This document shows, piece by piece, positions 60,741 to 64,000 of a stretch of DNA of 64,000 bases. This stretch comes from a virus, in the IMG/VR virus record IMGVR_UViG_3300031705_000002, positions 1-64,000 of that record. The stretch is one strand, 5' to 3'. The stretch's first letter is position 1. Every line of letters begins with the position of its first letter. The notes under the pieces were generated by a model. The model was given only the letters and a program-made list of their open reading frames with translations, made no database searches and was not told where the DNA came from. Position numbers and translations under genes: made by a program.

Positions 60741-63700
60741 TTATAATTTTACAAATTTACAAATATTTTCTATATTTTCTTTGATTTTAAAGAACTTTTT
60801 CGCATATTCAAGCGCGATAGGTGTTTTTATATTCACAGCCTTTAACTGTTCTGAGGTATACAGTCTGAATAAGATACTCCCGAGAGTGCCTGCCCAAACC
60901 ATCTCCCCTAACCTACGTACGTAAGGTCCCGAATAAGACTCCCCAGAAGCTGAGTAGTATACTCCTCCCAAGGTAAATAACTTAGAAGTTAGTGTGAAGT
61001 TTAAGGAATCTCTTGGGAGAGGTTCTTCGACATACTCCCCGCAGTCTACTTCATATTCCACGCCAGAATCTAGGATTATCTGATTAATCGTCTCATCGGA
61101 GGCTCCGCCCCCTATAAAGCACCCCTCCGATGTAAGAACACCCGAAAGACATGCATCGTCACTAAGTACGTACTGGTAACCCCCACCCGCACATTCTTGG
61201 CCTTCAGTGTCATACAAAGGGTATTCATCGTTATATAGTACAGGGCTCTCTGTAGCTCCCTCCTCAAAGTATTCAAGGTATTCCTCTAAGTATAGGGCGT
61301 CTCCGCAATCTGTAGGTGAGACAACTTCACATATCTCTATTATATGTGTAGGGACTACACAGCCTTCTTCCCCTAAAAATATACAGTGTCTCCAGTCATA
61401 TATAGATGCATCAGGGTTGTAATTAAGAGCCTCTATATCCATACACCCTACAAGTGAGGTGGTATCTATAGCCTCTATGTACTCTACAATTTCCGTAAAA
61501 ATAGGAGTAAAAAGATCCACAGTAGATACATATGTTTTTAAGTCTAATAAGTCTGCAAACACCTTCATGGGAGCGAAGGTTCCTGCGCCTGAATCCAGAA
61601 CCTCCTCAATAATAGCTATCTGAGAAGGGCTATAGGCCTGCCTAGTTCCTGAATATATTACATTGTCTAGGGTCTTATACCCCTCTCCGTACCCGTAAGA
61701 CCTAACACCAGTACCAAGACTGTAATTCATAGGATCCGCTAGTGTATTGAATGTATAGGTGTACCCGTTAAACGTCATTCCGTGTAGATACAACTCCGTA
61801 CTTTCTCCCTTAAGATAGCTCTTATAGCTATCTATATCTAAGTCTACTATTTTATAAGGATTGTAGTATTCAGAGTACATTTCAGTGCTTCCCGTAATAA
61901 CTCTATTTAACATCGTCCCTGCACTTCGACGTGAATAGTCCATAGGCATTACATCAGGGTACGAGTATATATCCGAGATGTCTACGTATGTACCCCCTCC
62001 TACCGCAAAAGTTTGGTACGTAAGGGTTTGACCTAAGGCAAGCTCGTAGGGCAACTTACTCTCAGGCCCTGCTATACCATAATAACCAAAAGTAGGTAAA
62101 TGCCCATTATATGTGCTGAAAGCCGCAACATTCCCTTTAAAATATTTTGTAGCCAGAAGTGAGTTAAACACAAGTAAATTCCTCAAAGTTTGACTGTGTT
62201 CATTTACGGCGCCGTCAAAGACGCTCCTCATAACTCTTGCGTAAAGCTCTTGAGCCTCCCCAATAACGTATCCTACAAAATCACCATCAATATCTCTGTA
62301 CGTTTGGGGGGTATGTAGACAGGGACAAAACTCTGCATTGTATAAATCATCTGTAGGAGTATTGTCAGGATAAGGAGGGTAGGCAGTGTTAGCCCAATTA
62401 CCGTTAACTTCCCAAAACTCATCGTATATATCTGTAGGGGCACCGTCCCCGTCCAACTTACAGAAGGACGCCCTTGTAATAAAATCTATAGGAGAAATCC
62501 GCGTATAATTAGTGGCAGTAGTAGTAGTTATTACTATATTAGAAAAAACCCCTCCAGACGTTGAATCAATAGTTAGGTCAAAGTTTTCGGGGGATGTACT
62601 CCACGGAGATATAGTAATGCTTGCTCCGACACTCCCGTTATCTACAATAGTACTCCCAAACATACCTCCCTCGTGGTGCAGGTTTACATAACCTCCCCCA
62701 AATTGCGAAGAAAGGGTTACAGTAAAGCTTATAGATTCAAACCTCCCCTCTATGGGGATAATTATAGGCGAACCCCCCATAGTAGTTACACTTCCAGTGG
62801 TCTCATTTATATATATAGAGCCATCCATAGATGTATGTATCTTAGCAAAAATTGGAGTGTAACTTCCCGTAACACCCGAAGTTACATCTTCGTAGTGAGA
62901 CTTATTAACAACAAATTTAGGGAACCCTTCCTCCGTGACAGCAGTGTCAGACAAGTGCCCTCCCCAAGGGGCCCCGTGATCTACTGCTGCGGTAGAATAT
63001 TTAACCTGTAATTTTAGGGCTGAAATCTCCTCGGACGAGAGGTCGAAAGGAGAGCCTGCTATAGTTTCAGGTATTATTTTTATAGTTACCCCATCTTCCA
63101 CAACAGTATCATACCCTAAAGTAGGTTTGTTAGGGGAAGAGTGCATGTCCTTTAGGTGCCTAAACAGCCCACTTAAATACTGACTATCTGTAGTACTTAA
63201 GCCTCCAGCACTTTCTGCAGTAAACGTAAATATAGGCTTATATGAATCTACAAGCCCTCCCTCAAAAGAATGCTTCAAAGCGAAGGTATGCCCAAGCTCA
63301 TGTGTAAGTATACTCACAAAAGTGTTAAACTTAAACTCAGAAAAAGCACCTATAGGGGTAGCCATCATAAGCTCCCCGTGCCCCATAAAAGAGTTATTAC
63401 TCGAGTAACGCGACGTAGGCATAGAGGCTCTACCTGAAAAGTCAACTCTACGGCCAAACTTCCCTGAGGGACCCGACAACACTATTATATTTAAAAAAGG
63501 ATAGCCAGCTTTCCCCGTGTTTTTGTAATATTGGTAAGCTTCGTTTTCAGAGTAATCAGCTAAGCGCCCATAACGGACATTAATATCCCCGATATTAAAT
63601 CTAGGGGTTTCGCTAAGAGTTTGGTGCCTATACTTAGCGGACAGTCCTGGGGCCCCAAAACCTTCTAAGGTAGAGGCAGCAAGCATTTCAGACCCTTTCA

Positions 63701-64000
63701 ATTTACTCTGGTCTTGAATAAATATAGCCCCCTCAGGTCCGCAATCTATAAATCCTCCTAAATCTGCTATATGTCTAAGCCGTACTAAGTTTATGTATTC
63801 TGGGGTTAACTCCAAAGCAGCCCCCACGCCCCCTGGATCTCCCACCCACTCGCTCTCAAAGGTAGATGAAAATATAAGAAACTCCTCCTCTGCTGCCTCT
63901 CGCTGAGCAAGTGCTTCGTCACTTATAGTGTTTAGGGTGTCAGATGCTGTGTATGAAAAATAAGGGGAATCAGAGTCTGCCGCAACTTTAAAATCCACTA
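60741..64000 (-). CDS. Large protein with M43 (pappalysin/ulilysin)-like zinc metalloprotease domain, probably 5'-truncated by the window
   Basis: LTHELGHTFALKHSF (63264-63302), FLNI, DPMNYS Met-turn-like and YSPSQ motifs; the frame remains open at the window edge. Confidence 0.7.
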   Translation of the reverse strand, partial: VDFKVAADSDSPYFSYTASDTLNTISDEALAQREAAEEEFLIFSSTFESEWVGDPGGVGAALELTPEYINLVRLRHIADLGGFIDCGPEGAIFIQDQSKLKGSEMLAASTLEGFGAPGLSAKYRHQTLSETPRFNIGDINVRYGRLADYSENEAYQYYKNTGKAGYPFLNIIVLSGPSGKFGRRVDFSGRASMPTSRYSSNNSFMGHGELMMATPIGAFSEFKFNTFVSILTHELGHTFALKHSFEGGLVDSYKPIFTFTAESAGGLSTTDSQYLSGLFRHLKDMHSSPNKPTLGYDTVVEDGVTIKIIPETIAGSPFDLSSEEISALKLQVKYSTAAVDHGAPWGGHLSDTAVTEEGFPKFVVNKSHYEDVTSGVTGSYTPIFAKIHTSMDGSIYINETTGSVTTMGGSPIIIPIEGRFESISFTVTLSSQFGGGYVNLHHEGGMFGSTIVDNGSVGASITISPWSTSPENFDLTIDSTSGGVFSNIVITTTTATNYTRISPIDFITRASFCKLDGDGAPTDIYDEFWEVNGNWANTAYPPYPDNTPTDDLYNAEFCPCLHTPQTYRDIDGDFVGYVIGEAQELYARVMRSVFDGAVNEHSQTLRNLLVFNSLLATKYFKGNVAAFSTYNGHLPTFGYYGIAGPESKLPYELALGQTLTYQTFAVGGGTYVDISDIYSYPDVMPMDYSRRSAGTMLNRVITGSTEMYSEYYNPYKIVDLDIDSYKSYLKGESTELYLHGMTFNGYTYTFNTLADPMNYSLGTGVRSYGYGEGYKTLDNVIYSGTRQAYSPSQIAIIEEVLDSGAGTFAPMKVFADLLDLKTYVSTVDLFTPIFTEIVEYIEAIDTTSLVGCMDIEALNYNPDASIYDWRHCIFLGEEGCVVPTHIIEICEVVSPTDCGDALYLEEYLEYFEEGATESPVLYNDEYPLYDTEGQECAGGGYQYVLSDDACLSGVLTSEGCFIGGGASDETINQIILDSGVEYEVDCGEYVEEPLPRDSLNFTLTSKLFTLGGVYYSASGESYSGPYVRRLGEMVWAGTLGSILFRLYTSEQLKAVNIKTPIALEYAKKFFKIKENIENICKFVKL

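Noticed and set aside
3742-63011. Numerous 60-240 aa plus-strand ORFs (e.g. 9535-10116, 42347-43969, 45254-45694) and small nested ORFs such as 46943-47176 and 53309-53554
   Set aside because: They lie antisense to, or out of frame within, well-supported genes and have shadow-type composition without motifs.
1-64000. Stop-codon reassignment (TAG to Gln or TGA to Trp), as in some crAss-like phages
   Set aside because: Very long ORFs are intact in code 11, and TAG and TGA end genes at tight junctions (593, 1856, 44537, 45233; 2689, 40163). TAG read-through at 24537 would add only about 20 codons before a TGA, mostly overlapping the upstream gene.
1-64000. tRNA, rRNA, CRISPR array, integrase or transposase
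   Set aside because: There is almost no intergenic space and no such repeats or motifs were seen.
63996-64000. GTG at 63998 as the true start of the protease gene (TAGTG overlap)
   Set aside because: It is possible, but the frame is open to the edge and the first residues (VDFKVAAD) resemble an internal M43 strand, so truncation is more likely.

Overview
This is a 64-kb slice of a large lytic dsDNA phage genome of the crAss-like (Crassvirales-type) group. The host is most likely a Bacteroidota/Flavobacteriia member, possibly aquatic. Host evidence: A-rich leaders without Shine-Dalgarno, Q-rule signal peptides, and a T9SS-like C-terminal tail. The standard genetic code is used (TAG terminates genes). 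Bases 1-3414 (+) end an early/middle block: a probable rIIA C-terminus, rIIB, a 5'-3' exonuclease and a hypothetical protein. Bases 3405-64000 (-) form one tightly packed late block. In transcription order it holds giant tail/fibre-type proteins (M43-like zinc protease, 2622-aa Cys-rich protein), a six-gene envelope cassette, an M15 endolysin, and two copies of a holin / metallophosphoesterase / ring protein / IHF-like cassette flanking a tail fibre. These are followed by a ring protein, a 3020-aa muzzle protein with lectin-like insertions, and the ejected cargo genes, including a 4471-aa virion RNA polymerase (DYDID) and a 1652-aa PD-(D/E)XK protein. The strongest new signal is in the only sizeable late-block gap in the ORF track (24240-24526). 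It is the start-less 5' half of an M15 peptidase reading frame. That frame is entered by a G_GGA_AAG -1 slippery site directly before the stop of the 1108-aa cargo gene, with a hairpin 7 nt downstream. This predicts a 1280-aa peptidoglycan-binding + peptidase ejection protein made by programmed frameshifting. All assignments come from motif recognition and gene order by eye; no searches were run.
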